From Methanomicrobiales archaeon (GTDB taxonomy: Archaea > Halobacteriota > Methanomicrobia > Methanomicrobiales > Methanospirillaceae): a stretch of DNA of 64,000 nucleotides. The position numbers and the translations under genes were made by a program. The DNA lies in the NCBI GenBank assembly GCA_037137755.1, contig JBAXJR010000002.1:32001-96000 (forward strand), in the 5' to 3' direction. Below are positions 48,968-59,458 of this stretch, in pieces. How positions within the stretch are numbered: the stretch's first letter is position 1; every line of letters starts with the position of its first letter. The notes under the pieces are model-generated. The model made no database searches. It saw only the letters and a list, made by a program, of their open reading frames with translations, and was not told the origin of the DNA.

Positions 48968-50971
48968 CTACGTATGAATAAACCGGTATGCACCTTTCGG
49001 CACACTCATCTCGAACCGTGCACCCGACCCAATTGTGCCTGTTTCCCGGATCGTGATGCCCGTAATTCCGAGAATTTCCCGCACCAGGAATAATTCCATG
49101 CCTTGCTGGGTCCCGTATCCCCGTTCAAAGATCTTCTCCTTATTGGCGTCCGGTATTCCGGTACCATTGTCCTCGAAGGACAAAAGGAGACCGTCTCCGG
49201 CAATCTGGTACCCTATGATGACCCTGGTTGAATTCTTTGCGTGGCGGAGGACATTTCCTGCCAGTGTGAAAAAAACTCTTTCCAATAGTGAATCCGCGTA
49301 AATTTCCAGGTTATCTAACTGGATGGTCCGGTGAATAGATGAAAAATCCAGGTGCGAGATCCCCAGTACAAATGACTGGTGAACGTTCTGCCACTCGGGA
49401 GGTTTTACACCAAGGTCCTGGTAATTTTTTGCAAAGTTCAGACAATAGTCTATCTTCCTGACCGATTCCTCTTCCATTTCCAGGTAATTTTTAACCGGTT
49501 CTTCTCCAGGGAGTGGTCTTTCGAGGGTGAGGTATCCCTTTAGCGTGAAGACTGCATTCTGTATATCGTTAAACGTGACCTGGTTCAGTAACGTAAGCTT
49601 TTTAGTAACCTGCTGTAATGCAGCCTCTGCCTGTTTACGCCCGGTGATGTTCGTCATCAGGACCAGTACAACGGGCTCTTTCCGGTAACTGATCGGGACT
49701 GCCTGAAGAAATGCGGTGGTAATTTCTCCGTTGCCGGTCCTGATATCAACTTCATAGGGGTGTAACCGGTCACCTGACAACCGTGCTCTCATTTTATTTT
49801 CGACATCGCTACGCTGGTTATCGGTGATAAACGTAAGGATCGGTTCTCCGACGACCTTTGACCCAGGGGAAACCAGTATGTTCATCGCTGCCCTGTTGGC
49901 GAACCTGATGATCCCGTCATGGTCATAAATGAGGATAATATCCGGCAGGTTCTCAACAAGGTTGCGGTTAAACTCCTCGCTCTCCCGCAGGGCCTCTTCT
50001 GCCTTGCTGCGTCTCTCTTCTTCCTTTACGATACCCCGGGCCCGGGCAAGGTAATAGGCGAAGTAAAGGAGTGCAATGATCAGGATCGCGGAAATGATGA
50101 TCAGGGTATTCCGGAACCCCTGTATTGTACCCAGTATTTCCTGTTCCGGTGTTGAGACAATGACTGACCAGGACGTGTCACCAATTGTTACCGGCAGGTA
50201 GATCGCCTGGAATTTCCGGGAAGACAACTGTTGGACTGGATCTCCGCTGACCGTATAGGCAGTGATACCCTTTGACCCCTTCATTGCCTCCTGTGCCATT
50301 GCCGTGAAGGTGGGAGAATAATTAAAGATTTCAAAGACGGACTTACCGACCTGTCCCGGATAGGGCGAATAGAGCACGACACCATTCTGGCTGATTGTCC
50401 AGGCATATCCCGAATCAAGCACCCTGATGTTGCCCAGGTTTTTCTGTGCAAGGGTATCAAAAGGAATCAGAATAGCAATACTGCCTGCGAAACTGCCGTC
50501 CCGGAAGACAGGCATATGAAATGCTATCGTCCTGAATCCCTGGACCGACGTAAATACATCACTGATCACAACCGAATGGGTGTTCATCAGCTGAAGGACG
50601 TGGGATTGGGAAGAAATATCGGCTCCGGTGGCTGATTCAACAGGATAAGTATAGGTGATAGTACCGTTCTCATCAACCCGGGAAATGGATGAAATCTCAC
50701 CTGCATGGCTGATGAAAAAATTCCGCATCAGATCCCTGCCATCAGGATCGAGGACTATGATATGATTGTTCCCTGCAAGAAACGAGAGAGAACTATTATA
50801 CCCGGTAAAAAAGCTTTCAATCCCTGCTGCTGCCTGGCCGGCATGTACGACCTGTTCGTTATTCACCTGGGTAATGGTTTTTGACTCAATATCTGTATAG
50901 GTTGAATACAACAGAAATCCACATACTGCCAGGAGTACAAAGAAAACAACAAACTGCCGGATGTATCGCAC
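48968..50971 (-). CDS. Cache-PAS sensor histidine-kinase-like protein lacking the H-box His
   Basis: TM-Cache-TM-PAS-HisKA-like-HATPase. H-box region reads VTFNDIQN; FEDNGTGIP and IFERG present; G2 box degenerate (GMELFL). Confidence 0.88.
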   Translation of the reverse strand: MRYIRQFVVFFVLLAVCGFLLYSTYTDIESKTITQVNNEQVVHAGQAAAGIESFFTGYNSSLSFLAGNNHIIVLDPDGRDLMRNFFISHAGEISSISRVDENGTITYTYPVESATGADISSQSHVLQLMNTHSVVISDVFTSVQGFRTIAFHMPVFRDGSFAGSIAILIPFDTLAQKNLGNIRVLDSGYAWTISQNGVVLYSPYPGQVGKSVFEIFNYSPTFTAMAQEAMKGSKGITAYTVSGDPVQQLSSRKFQAIYLPVTIGDTSWSVIVSTPEQEILGTIQGFRNTLIIISAILIIALLYFAYYLARARGIVKEEERRSKAEEALRESEEFNRNLVENLPDIILIYDHDGIIRFANRAAMNILVSPGSKVVGEPILTFITDNQRSDVENKMRARLSGDRLHPYEVDIRTGNGEITTAFLQAVPISYRKEPVVLVLMTNITGRKQAEAALQQVTKKLTLLNQVTFNDIQNAVFTLKGYLTLERPLPGEEPVKNYLEMEEESVRKIDYCLNFAKNYQDLGVKPPEWQNVHQSFVLGISHLDFSSIHRTIQLDNLEIYADSLLERVFFTLAGNVLRHAKNSTRVIIGYQIAGDGLLLSFEDNGTGIPDANKEKIFERGYGTQQGMELFLVREILGITGITIRETGTIGSGARFEMSVPKGAYRFIHT

Positions 50972-51228
50972 TTATATCCCTCACACTGTTGTCATATGTC
51001 CTTTGGTTCTTCGTTCCCGATACCGGATGCCTGTGTCCCTGATGCGGGAAGTTACAACAATTCCTTTCTGCTCCACTGTCTGATTAACTCTTCCCTGGAA
51101 GGTGTAGTCTGGGCATCTGTGGTAAGATGATGTACCACGTGCTATCGCTGCACTCACCGGATGGACCGTATACTTCGTTTTTTTGTGTCCGACTCCTGTT
51201 ATTGTTGGGACAAGAAAAAAAGTGATTT

Positions 51229-52971
51229 TTAATAATCGCTCATCACAGTTGAGACATTATTGATATCAAGGTAACGGTCCGCTGCCCGGGTGTATTGCGG
51301 CCAGGTCACATTCACTCCACCGTTTGGATCCCCTGTTTTTGCGAACCTGGTCCAGAAGTCCACCAGGTTATCAGCGACCACCGGGTTTGCGTTCACATCT
51401 TTCGCCATTCCGAATAAAAGAAAGGTTTCACTGCCATGTAATGCCCCGTTTTCCCCGGGTAAGACATAGGAGTACCGGTATAGGTACGTGTTCCGTTCAA
51501 TGTCTCCCATCGATCCCGCGGCAAACTTCGCACTATCGGCAAAATCGTAGCGGGTCATGATCTGGGCCAGGCGGAGCTGGACTTCCTCTGTCGAATTGGC
51601 AGGATACTGTGCGAAAACCGAACCTGCATCTGTCCCGAAATAGTTCTGCAGAAATGTTATGTACTCCGGGACAGTCATGTTGGCACCCGCCGAAAGCGAG
51701 GTCCCGTCATTGGCGTTCGTCCCGATCAAAAACGGGACCGGGTTCTGCTTGTGCAGACCGAACAGGGCGTCTACAGAGTCCGGGAGTAACCATCCGTCAA
51801 TCGTCGGCTCGAATTTGAGAGTATGGGTACGGTTCCATGACGACGCCAGCCAGGGTGATGCGTTGACGAGGTTCATAGCACTCTCCGTTCGCATCTTATG
51901 AATTGCATCCGGCCCGGAATATCCGAGGCTTTGTGCGAAGTCCAGCCCGATATGCTCGGCATCGGCTTTCGAATGGACGTTATCAATCGTCGGTCCGTGC
52001 GCCCAGAAGGGTCCGCTTTCGACGAGTGCCTGGCTGTAGAGCCCCTTGCTCTGTGGGCTGACAAGATGGATAAGGACACTCTCTCCACCAGCGGACTGGC
52101 CAAAAATGGTCACCCGTGACGGGTCGCCACCGAACGCCCCGATGTTATGCTGGACCCATTGGAGGGCGGCCTGCTGGTCGAGGATCCCGTAGTTGCCCGA
52201 GACGTTATTCACGGATTCGTTATCGAGCTGTGGGTGAGCCATAAACCCGAGGGCACCAAGCCGGTAGTTGGTCGTTACGATTATTACTCCTTTTTGAGCA
52301 AGGGTGGTCCCGTTATAGAGTGCAATGTTATCAAACGGGGCTACCTGTGCGAATGCCCCGCCATAGAAAAAGACCATTACCGGGAGTTTTTCGTCGGCAT
52401 TCTTTGCAGGGGTCCAGACATTGAGGTACAGGCAGTCCTCGCTCATAGTTGCGGGTACCGGTGATCCTGAAGGTGGCTGGGGGGGATTTGCTGAAAAAGC
52501 CTTCGCGTCCTTAACGCCGTCCCAGGGTTGTACCGGTGCGGGCGGTCTCCACCGCAGGTCTCCGATCGGGGGGGTCGCGAACGGGATGCCGAGATAGACC
52601 CTAAGCCCGTTCTCCTGTAACCCGGAAATATACCCGGCATCAGTTTTCACGACCGTAGGATCGGGAGCAGGTGTCGATGAACCTGATGAATCTGACGAAT
52701 AATCAACGGTTGTGGGTGGTTTCGTGGTAGCTGCCGTTGCAGGGGTTGTTATGGTTGCGGTAGTGTTGGTTGCAGAAATGCTGCCTGCCGTGGTGGGAAT
52801 TGCAACTACCGGTGCAGTTCCTGACTGCTGAATAATCGTTGTCTGTACTGGTGTGGGAATTGCGGTCGTTGGCTTCGGAGCCTGAACCGCTGGCTGCGGC
52901 TGAGTACATCCAGCCACAAGCAAAGCTGAAATGATAATTGCTACGAAAATGAAAACTATCTGGTTTCTCAC
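51229..52971 (-). CDS. Type-B carboxylesterase lipoprotein (paralog 1)
   Basis: Lipobox LVAGC; Thr-rich linker; YLGIPFA, SEDCLYLNVW, FYGGAF, GQSAG, GALHGSE. Confidence 0.92.
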   Translation of the reverse strand: MRNQIVFIFVAIIISALLVAGCTQPQPAVQAPKPTTAIPTPVQTTIIQQSGTAPVVAIPTTAGSISATNTTATITTPATAATTKPPTTVDYSSDSSGSSTPAPDPTVVKTDAGYISGLQENGLRVYLGIPFATPPIGDLRWRPPAPVQPWDGVKDAKAFSANPPQPPSGSPVPATMSEDCLYLNVWTPAKNADEKLPVMVFFYGGAFAQVAPFDNIALYNGTTLAQKGVIIVTTNYRLGALGFMAHPQLDNESVNNVSGNYGILDQQAALQWVQHNIGAFGGDPSRVTIFGQSAGGESVLIHLVSPQSKGLYSQALVESGPFWAHGPTIDNVHSKADAEHIGLDFAQSLGYSGPDAIHKMRTESAMNLVNASPWLASSWNRTHTLKFEPTIDGWLLPDSVDALFGLHKQNPVPFLIGTNANDGTSLSAGANMTVPEYITFLQNYFGTDAGSVFAQYPANSTEEVQLRLAQIMTRYDFADSAKFAAGSMGDIERNTYLYRYSYVLPGENGALHGSETFLLFGMAKDVNANPVVADNLVDFWTRFAKTGDPNGGVNVTWPQYTRAADRYLDINNVSTVMSDY

Positions 52972-53088
52972 AGGATCACCCTTTATGATGTGCCACTTCG
53001 GTTTTATTCCGTAAAGAGTTATTCATAAATGTTACCTGCGATCTATCCTGCGACAGTTGTTCTTACGTCAGAATAAAAAAAGAGCGGT

Positions 53089-54831
53089 TTAATAACCGGT
53101 CATTACTGTCGATGTAGTATTGATATCGAGGTAGCGGTCCCCTGCCCGTGTATATTGCGGCCAGGTGACATTCATCCCGCCGTTCGGGTTACCCGTCTTG
53201 GCGAAACGGGTCCAGAGATCTATCATATTGGCAGCCACTGCCGGGTCAGCTTTCACTTCGTTTGCCAATCCAAACAACAGGAAGCATTCACTGCCATGGA
53301 ATGCACCAAGGGGCTGCAAGGGCCCCGGAAGGACATAGGAGTACCGGTACAGGTATGTTTTCGGTTCCAGGTCTGACATCGATCCCGCTACATACTTCGC
53401 TGCGTCATTGAAGTCGTAGTCCGTCATGATCTGGTCGAGCTGGAACTGGACCTCCTCCGTTGTAGTGGCGGGATATTTTAAGAGGACCTGCTCCGCTTCA
53501 GGCCCGAACCGACTCTTGATATAGGTCTCGTATTCGGGCACGGTCATGTTTGCACCGGCAGCAAGAGTGATCCCGTCATTGGCGTTGTGCCCGATCATAA
53601 GGGGGATCGCATACTCACGGTGAAGACCGAACAGGATGTCAGGTGAATCGGGTATTTCCCACCCGTCAATCGTCGGCTCGAAATGAGGGCTGGACACAAT
53701 CTGGAACGACGATGCAGGCCAGGGAGTGGCATTCGCGATCACCTGGTAACTCAGTTTCCGCATATTTGCAATTGTCCCAGGACCTGAATACCCAAGGCTC
53801 TGTGCAAAATTTACTCCCAGATTTTCTGCATCGGCCTTTGAATAGAGCGCATCAATTTCCGCCCCCTTTGTCCAGAAGGTAGCGCTTTCGACGATTGCCT
53901 GGTTGTAGAGCCCCTTGCTCTGCGGGCTGACAAGATGGATAAGGATGCTCTCCGCTCCTGCCGATTGACCGAATATGGTCACGCGGGACGGGTCTCCGCC
54001 GAAAGCCCCGATATTACGCTGGACCCATTGCAGGGTCGCAAGCTGGTCCAAAAGCCCGTAATTGCCCGAGACGTTATTTGCGGACTCGTTATCGAGTTCC
54101 GGGTGGGCGAGGAAACCGAGAGCACCAACACGGTAATTGGTGGTCACGACGATGACCCCTTTCTGTGCAAGGGCTGTCCCATTATATGTTGATATCTGGC
54201 CGGCGATTTTTCCGAATGCCCCCCCGTAGAAAAAGACCATGACCGGGAGCTTTTCGTTGGCGCTGTTAGCGGGGGTCCATACATTGAGGTACAGGCAGTC
54301 CTCGTTGGTTACTAATCCGGGACTGGCATTCGGTGGCTGGGGGCATGCCGCACAAAATGTCTTTGTTTCCTTAACGCCGTCCCAGGGTTGTGCAGGTGCG
54401 GGTGGTCTCCAACGCAGATCTCCAGTTGGAGGAGCTGCGAATGGGATTCCGAGGTATACCCGGAGCCCGTTCTCCTGTATTCCGGAAACATACCCGGTGT
54501 CGGTTTTCACAACATTTGGATCGGGAGCCGGTGTCGATGTATCTGATGAATATGCCGAGTAATCGAAGGTGGTGGGAGGTATTGTGATAGCCACCGTCGC
54601 AGGGGTTTTTATTGTTACCGTTGTGTTGGTTACCGTCCCGTTGGCTGCCGTGGTGGGAATTGCAGCTACCGGTGCAGTCACTGACGGCTGAACAACCGGT
54701 GTCTGTACAGGTGTGGGAATTGCGGTCGTTGGCTTCGGAGTCTGAACCACGGTCTGTGGCTGAGAACATCCTGCCGCGAGAAACGCTAAAATTACAATCG
54801 CTATGAAAATATACACTATCCGGTTTCGCAC
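53089..54831 (-). CDS. Type-B carboxylesterase lipoprotein (paralog 2)
   Basis: Lipobox LAAGC; same motifs, GQSAG and GAFHGSE; same length (580 aa). Confidence 0.92.
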   Translation of the reverse strand: MRNRIVYIFIAIVILAFLAAGCSQPQTVVQTPKPTTAIPTPVQTPVVQPSVTAPVAAIPTTAANGTVTNTTVTIKTPATVAITIPPTTFDYSAYSSDTSTPAPDPNVVKTDTGYVSGIQENGLRVYLGIPFAAPPTGDLRWRPPAPAQPWDGVKETKTFCAACPQPPNASPGLVTNEDCLYLNVWTPANSANEKLPVMVFFYGGAFGKIAGQISTYNGTALAQKGVIVVTTNYRVGALGFLAHPELDNESANNVSGNYGLLDQLATLQWVQRNIGAFGGDPSRVTIFGQSAGAESILIHLVSPQSKGLYNQAIVESATFWTKGAEIDALYSKADAENLGVNFAQSLGYSGPGTIANMRKLSYQVIANATPWPASSFQIVSSPHFEPTIDGWEIPDSPDILFGLHREYAIPLMIGHNANDGITLAAGANMTVPEYETYIKSRFGPEAEQVLLKYPATTTEEVQFQLDQIMTDYDFNDAAKYVAGSMSDLEPKTYLYRYSYVLPGPLQPLGAFHGSECFLLFGLANEVKADPAVAANMIDLWTRFAKTGNPNGGMNVTWPQYTRAGDRYLDINTTSTVMTGY

Positions 54832-55153
54832 AGAATCACCATTAATAATGAGCCACTTCGGTGTTATTGCGTAAAGAGTTATTCCTTCGCTTTTTCCAGG
54901 AACAAATATCGGTATCCTGGAAGTCTCATTTCATCGGACAGCGCGGGTAACTTACGGAGAGGGAAATTTTCTAATCCATCGAAATCTGTCCGGTTATTCT
55001 TAATATTCCGGCAATTATTGTTTTAGAGTTTTAAAAAACGGAAAGGTACACCAAAAAGAAGTCCCGGATGATTAATCTGTAAATATCTGGCGGGATGAAG
55101 GAGAGGCGGGCGACCCCACACTCCTGACATGTCCCTCTATTTATCCCGCGTTT

Positions 55154-56647
55154 TTAATTTACGATCTGGCTTGAAGGTTTATCCCCCTCAGGTTGCTGGT
55201 AATCAGGATGGGTCTCCTGTCGTGCAAGAATTGCAAGGACAAGGATAATGATGCCGACCGCGAATGCAAACAAAAATGCCAGGTCAAACCCTGCCGTAAG
55301 TACCTCTTTTCTCATGTATGCCGGTGCTAACTTTGTTACCGCGTTGTGGCTCGCAATTGCGTCAATGCCCTGAATAAATACGACATTAAAAATGGCAATC
55401 CCGATTGTCATGGGAGCAAACCGTTCAAGACTGGTAAGGCTTGAGACCATTCCCTGGTATCTCTTTCCGACCGAGTTCATGATCATGTTTGATGCCGGTG
55501 TCAGCATCAGGCCGAGACCGAAGCCGATCAGGACAAGGCACAGGATTACAAATCCGGTGGTCGTATCCGGCCGGATACGGGTCATCAGGAAATACCCCGC
55601 AACAACCGAGATTCCGGCAGCGATGCAGAGCAACCTGCCCCCGGCCCGGTTATAGAGCATACCTGCAAGGATTCCACCCACCATCATGGCAACCGAGAGT
55701 GATGTTAATATCAGCCCGGCAGCTGAGGGGTCGTATCCCTGCACGTACTCGAGATAGAAGGGGAGCAGGTAACTGATACCGGCAAAGCTGAAGAACAGCA
55801 GGACCATCGTGGTATTGGTCAGGAGGAAATTTCTCCGTTTAAACAGGCGTAGCTCGAGCAACGGGTCAGAGGCCTTGAGTTCGCACCAGATAAAGCCGCC
55901 GAGCGTGAGAAGTGCCAGTAAAAATGAACCTATGATTACCGGGTCAGTCCATCCAAGTGTCTGCCCCTCTGACAGGGCGAAGAGCAGTGAGGCCAGGCCC
56001 GTGAATATCAGGACTGCACCAGCCCGGTCGAACCCGGTCGTCCGTTTCTGTGCCTTCATCGCCGGGATCACCTTGGCACCAAGGAGAATTGCACAAATCC
56101 CGACCGGGACATTGATGAAAAAGATCCAGTTCCAGGAGAGGAACTGCGTGAGTAAACCACCGATAGTCGGCCCGATTGCCGTCCCAAGGGCGGCGAACGT
56201 CAGGACGATCCCCATCGCTTTTCCTTTCTGGGCCATCGGGATATACGCCGTGACCATCGCGGGCCCGATCGCGGTGATCATGGCACCCCCGACAGCCTGG
56301 AAGGCCCGTGAACCGATAAGTACGGGAAATGAATGGATAAAATCCGGGAGAAATCCGCAGCAAAAAGACCCGATGGTGAAGATCAGGAAACCTGACAGGA
56401 ACACTTTTTTGAACCCGATCACGTCGGAAATTTTGCCGAAGATCAGGACACACCCGGCCATTACCAGCAGGTAAATTGTCGATACCCAGCTCACCGTGCT
56501 TGTGGTGACGTTGAACGCCTGAGATATCGTAGGGAGTGCAATATTGACAATTGTTCCATCCAGTGCCGACATAAATGTGGCAAGTGATATTGAAATAATG
56601 AGGAGGCCGAATCCTTTCTTATAGGTATCAGCCCGGTCTGTCTCCAT
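55154..56647 (-). CDS. MFS transporter, DHA2
   Basis: LDGTIVNIALP; FGKISDVIG; GPTIGGLL..WNWIFFINVPVG. Confidence 0.93.
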   Translation of the reverse strand: METDRADTYKKGFGLLIISISLATFMSALDGTIVNIALPTISQAFNVTTSTVSWVSTIYLLVMAGCVLIFGKISDVIGFKKVFLSGFLIFTIGSFCCGFLPDFIHSFPVLIGSRAFQAVGGAMITAIGPAMVTAYIPMAQKGKAMGIVLTFAALGTAIGPTIGGLLTQFLSWNWIFFINVPVGICAILLGAKVIPAMKAQKRTTGFDRAGAVLIFTGLASLLFALSEGQTLGWTDPVIIGSFLLALLTLGGFIWCELKASDPLLELRLFKRRNFLLTNTTMVLLFFSFAGISYLLPFYLEYVQGYDPSAAGLILTSLSVAMMVGGILAGMLYNRAGGRLLCIAAGISVVAGYFLMTRIRPDTTTGFVILCLVLIGFGLGLMLTPASNMIMNSVGKRYQGMVSSLTSLERFAPMTIGIAIFNVVFIQGIDAIASHNAVTKLAPAYMRKEVLTAGFDLAFLFAFAVGIIILVLAILARQETHPDYQQPEGDKPSSQIVN

Positions 56648-57034
56648 ACCTCCCCGTTAGGCTTGCCGGACATAAGAGGGTTGCCATATTTTATCCGCAT
56701 GCTGCTGTTCCATACTACTTGTTACCATGGTGGGAAAACAAACAATAATGTTCTAAATAGGCAGGCCATAAATTCCAGGTATTCGTGGAACCCCCTTCCC
56801 GGTTCATGCGTGAATTTTAAAACACTTTTATTTGAGAATTCGAATGTCCGTTTGAGTATTTCCTGTAAGATAAACATACCGCTGATATCGACAGTAATTT
56901 TTTAAAAAATATCATCGAACGTTAAAAATCATATCAGGGAAAGTGAGTTGAAAACTAAGACCTACAATCTAAAATTCAAAGCCCTCAAAATCTTTTCTTA
57001 CACTAAAATCGCGGCAAAGGAGGCCGGACCAACA

Positions 57035-57212
57035 TTGAAAATAAAGGTGAGGTGGACTACGGCTACCGGAGTTCTGCTCGCAGTAATTTTCCTTATACTT
57101 GCACTGCTTTTTTGTCATGGGTATGCGAAAAATTGGCGGGTTCACCCTGGAAATTGCAAAATGGCTCATAATTACCTTCATGGCAGTGGCAATAATCATA
57201 CGTATATTGTAA
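57035..57212 (+). pseudogene. Possible frameshifted small two-TM protein
   Basis: GGAGG + TTG start giving MKIKVRWTTATGVLLAVIFLILALLF; a +1 shift at T6 (57108-57113) gives VMGMRKIGGFTLEIAKWLIITFMAVAIIIRIL*. Confidence 0.3.
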
Positions 57213-57628
57213 AAGGGTGCCCGTATGTTTCCGCATAAAAAAACATTATTTCAGGCGGTCTCATTCAGGAAACAGGGAATGGCATCTCCCGGAACACCCT
57301 TTTTTTGATCTGCTCTAGAACTACCGGTCATCGGTGGAACATTTTCATTCACCTTAATCAATGATATTTAGATCGATGGGGACGTTCCGGATAACCGGGA
57401 TGGAGCCGCTATGGCTCCTTGTAGGTGCGATACCATCTGACATTTGTCGGAGATGTAAACTGTAACATGACGTTAAGACCGGTGGTTGTTTTCAACCGAT
57501 CTGTCAACCTTTATTGCGTTCCCTTTTCTGCAGGTAGTTCTGAAGGATTCTTATCTGCGACCTCTCCTGTTAGGAACTGATCGAAAATGGACCCGGCCCG
57601 GACCTCTCATCGGCAGATAACATTGTGG

Positions 57629-58360
57629 TCACTTCCCGAATACTACGCTGCCGTTTGTGTCCGTAAGCGGGGTATACGGGGCCTTACATTCATCCGAGAA
57701 CTGCCTGACTGCCATTTTCACTCCCTGGTAACGGCGGGGGCCATAATCATGCACCATAATATATCCTCCCGCGGCCAACCGCGGGTAAAAATAGCACAAC
57801 CCTTCATAGGTGGGTTTGTAAAGATCGGTATCGATTGAAACAAATGAAAAGGTCTCCTCAAGTCCGTCGAGTGACTCCGGAAAATATCCAGGTTTCACAA
57901 TACATTGCAAGGGATTGGGGATTCTGGAGAGCACATTCCTGACATTGACCCTCGAGAAATCACCAAAATCGGTCTGTAAGTCCTGTTCTGACTCAGAGGT
58001 GAGGTCTCTTGTATCGAACCCTTCAAACGTGTCAAACAGGTACAATTTGCGGTCAGGAAACAGGGAACTGATACGCCTTGCAAAATCTCCCCTGTATACG
58101 CCGAGTTCTGCAACTTCCCCTGGTATATTCCGTTCGATTATCTCCCTTGCAAGCAGGTTGAGTGACTTTATGCGGGCCGGGTCAGTTGCGATGATCTCTC
58201 CGACAGGGAGGGACCGGGCAAGATGGTGATTTACGGTTGCTCCAAGGTACGCAATATCCTTGCGGGCGGGCATACGTCTCATTCCATGCGTGAGGCATCC
58301 ATGCAGGACGCTATATCCACGCGATACGATTGTCAGATCTACTCCTCCTTCAGGTGGCAT
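57629..58360 (-). CDS. TylF/MycF-family O-methyltransferase
   Basis: VAELGVYRG; LYLFDTFEGF; VSIDTDLY; GGYIMVHDY. Start position uncertain. Confidence 0.88.
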   Translation of the reverse strand: MPPEGGVDLTIVSRGYSVLHGCLTHGMRRMPARKDIAYLGATVNHHLARSLPVGEIIATDPARIKSLNLLAREIIERNIPGEVAELGVYRGDFARRISSLFPDRKLYLFDTFEGFDTRDLTSESEQDLQTDFGDFSRVNVRNVLSRIPNPLQCIVKPGYFPESLDGLEETFSFVSIDTDLYKPTYEGLCYFYPRLAAGGYIMVHDYGPRRYQGVKMAVRQFSDECKAPYTPLTDTNGSVVFGK

Positions 58361-58688
58361 TCAAGATACACACTATCAAAAAAAACCATGGGCAAAAAAA
58401 ACGGCTCCACGGGTATTGACTGGTAACCCACGAATCTCTTATATGATAATCCACCCCGGTGAATAAGAAACTCGCACTTATCCCCTTTTCCATTCCTGTC
58501 TTTTCATGGCGGGTGAATAGGGTCCGGCATGTGTAACATTGGGATATTTCGGGAGATTTTTGTTGGCCTCCCGTATGATCCTGTTCTATCTGAACCGGTG
58601 CCCGTCCACCGGAACTGCAAAAGATAGCTCCCAACCAGGGAACCCGTTGACCCGGAGTAGTTTTTTTTTCAAAAAAGAAAGAGTGTTG

Positions 58689-59279
58689 TTATGCACCAAT
58701 CGCAGCAAGATTACCCGGGCTCCTCATGTAGAGCCAGTAACCTCTTGTCGGGTACAATATTGTGGACTCGCTTGAGTCTCCATTGAAGATTGCCGGTTCA
58801 TAACTCTGGCTTACTGCATTGAACCCCAGTGAGGTCACCCAGTCTGGCTGGACTGCCAGGTATGTGTTCCGTGCAGATGTCTGGTACAACCCCGTGAAAC
58901 CAATCGTACTCCAGCCTTCCGGCAGGCTTCGAGGTGACGGGATAAACATCGGGTTTGTCGTATCAAAGTTCAGAGGGACCCCGGTGTCTGAGACTGAATA
59001 GATCCAGATACCATACAATGGCTGTACCGGGGTCGTTGCAAGGACCGTAACCCAGCGTGGCGGAGTTTGTGATCCATCCCACATAAAGGCCGAATGCCCC
59101 CCCATGTTCACATTACTGAATATCGCACCGGTATTGTACCCGGCTGCCAGTATCTTTGGTGTTGAAACAAAGTTCCATCCCGATTTTAGTGGGATGTTTG
59201 TTTCCGCTGCACATGGCAGGACCAGGAACAATGCAACTATCAGGATAATTAACGAATATCGAAAATTCCAACCAGGCAT
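58689..59279 (-). CDS. Secreted protein with GWN/GYW repeat domain
   Basis: Signal peptide ending PCAA; LKSGWNFVSTP; GWSTIGF; PTRGYWLY. Confidence 0.8.
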   Translation of the reverse strand: MPGWNFRYSLIILIVALFLVLPCAAETNIPLKSGWNFVSTPKILAAGYNTGAIFSNVNMGGHSAFMWDGSQTPPRWVTVLATTPVQPLYGIWIYSVSDTGVPLNFDTTNPMFIPSPRSLPEGWSTIGFTGLYQTSARNTYLAVQPDWVTSLGFNAVSQSYEPAIFNGDSSESTILYPTRGYWLYMRSPGNLAAIGA

Positions 59280-59458
59280 TATGTTAGATTGGGGGGCAAT
59301 ATGAAAAAATGTTCGGGAGACTTATAGGTGAGGCTGCAGCAGGGGCAGTTACAGTCACCACGGTGTGGAATTCTAAAGGAAAAATGGCATTGAATACAAA
59401 TCAGAAAGATTAAATCGCCTGGTTTGATAAAAAAATGGGAGCCTAAAGATTTACAGCA

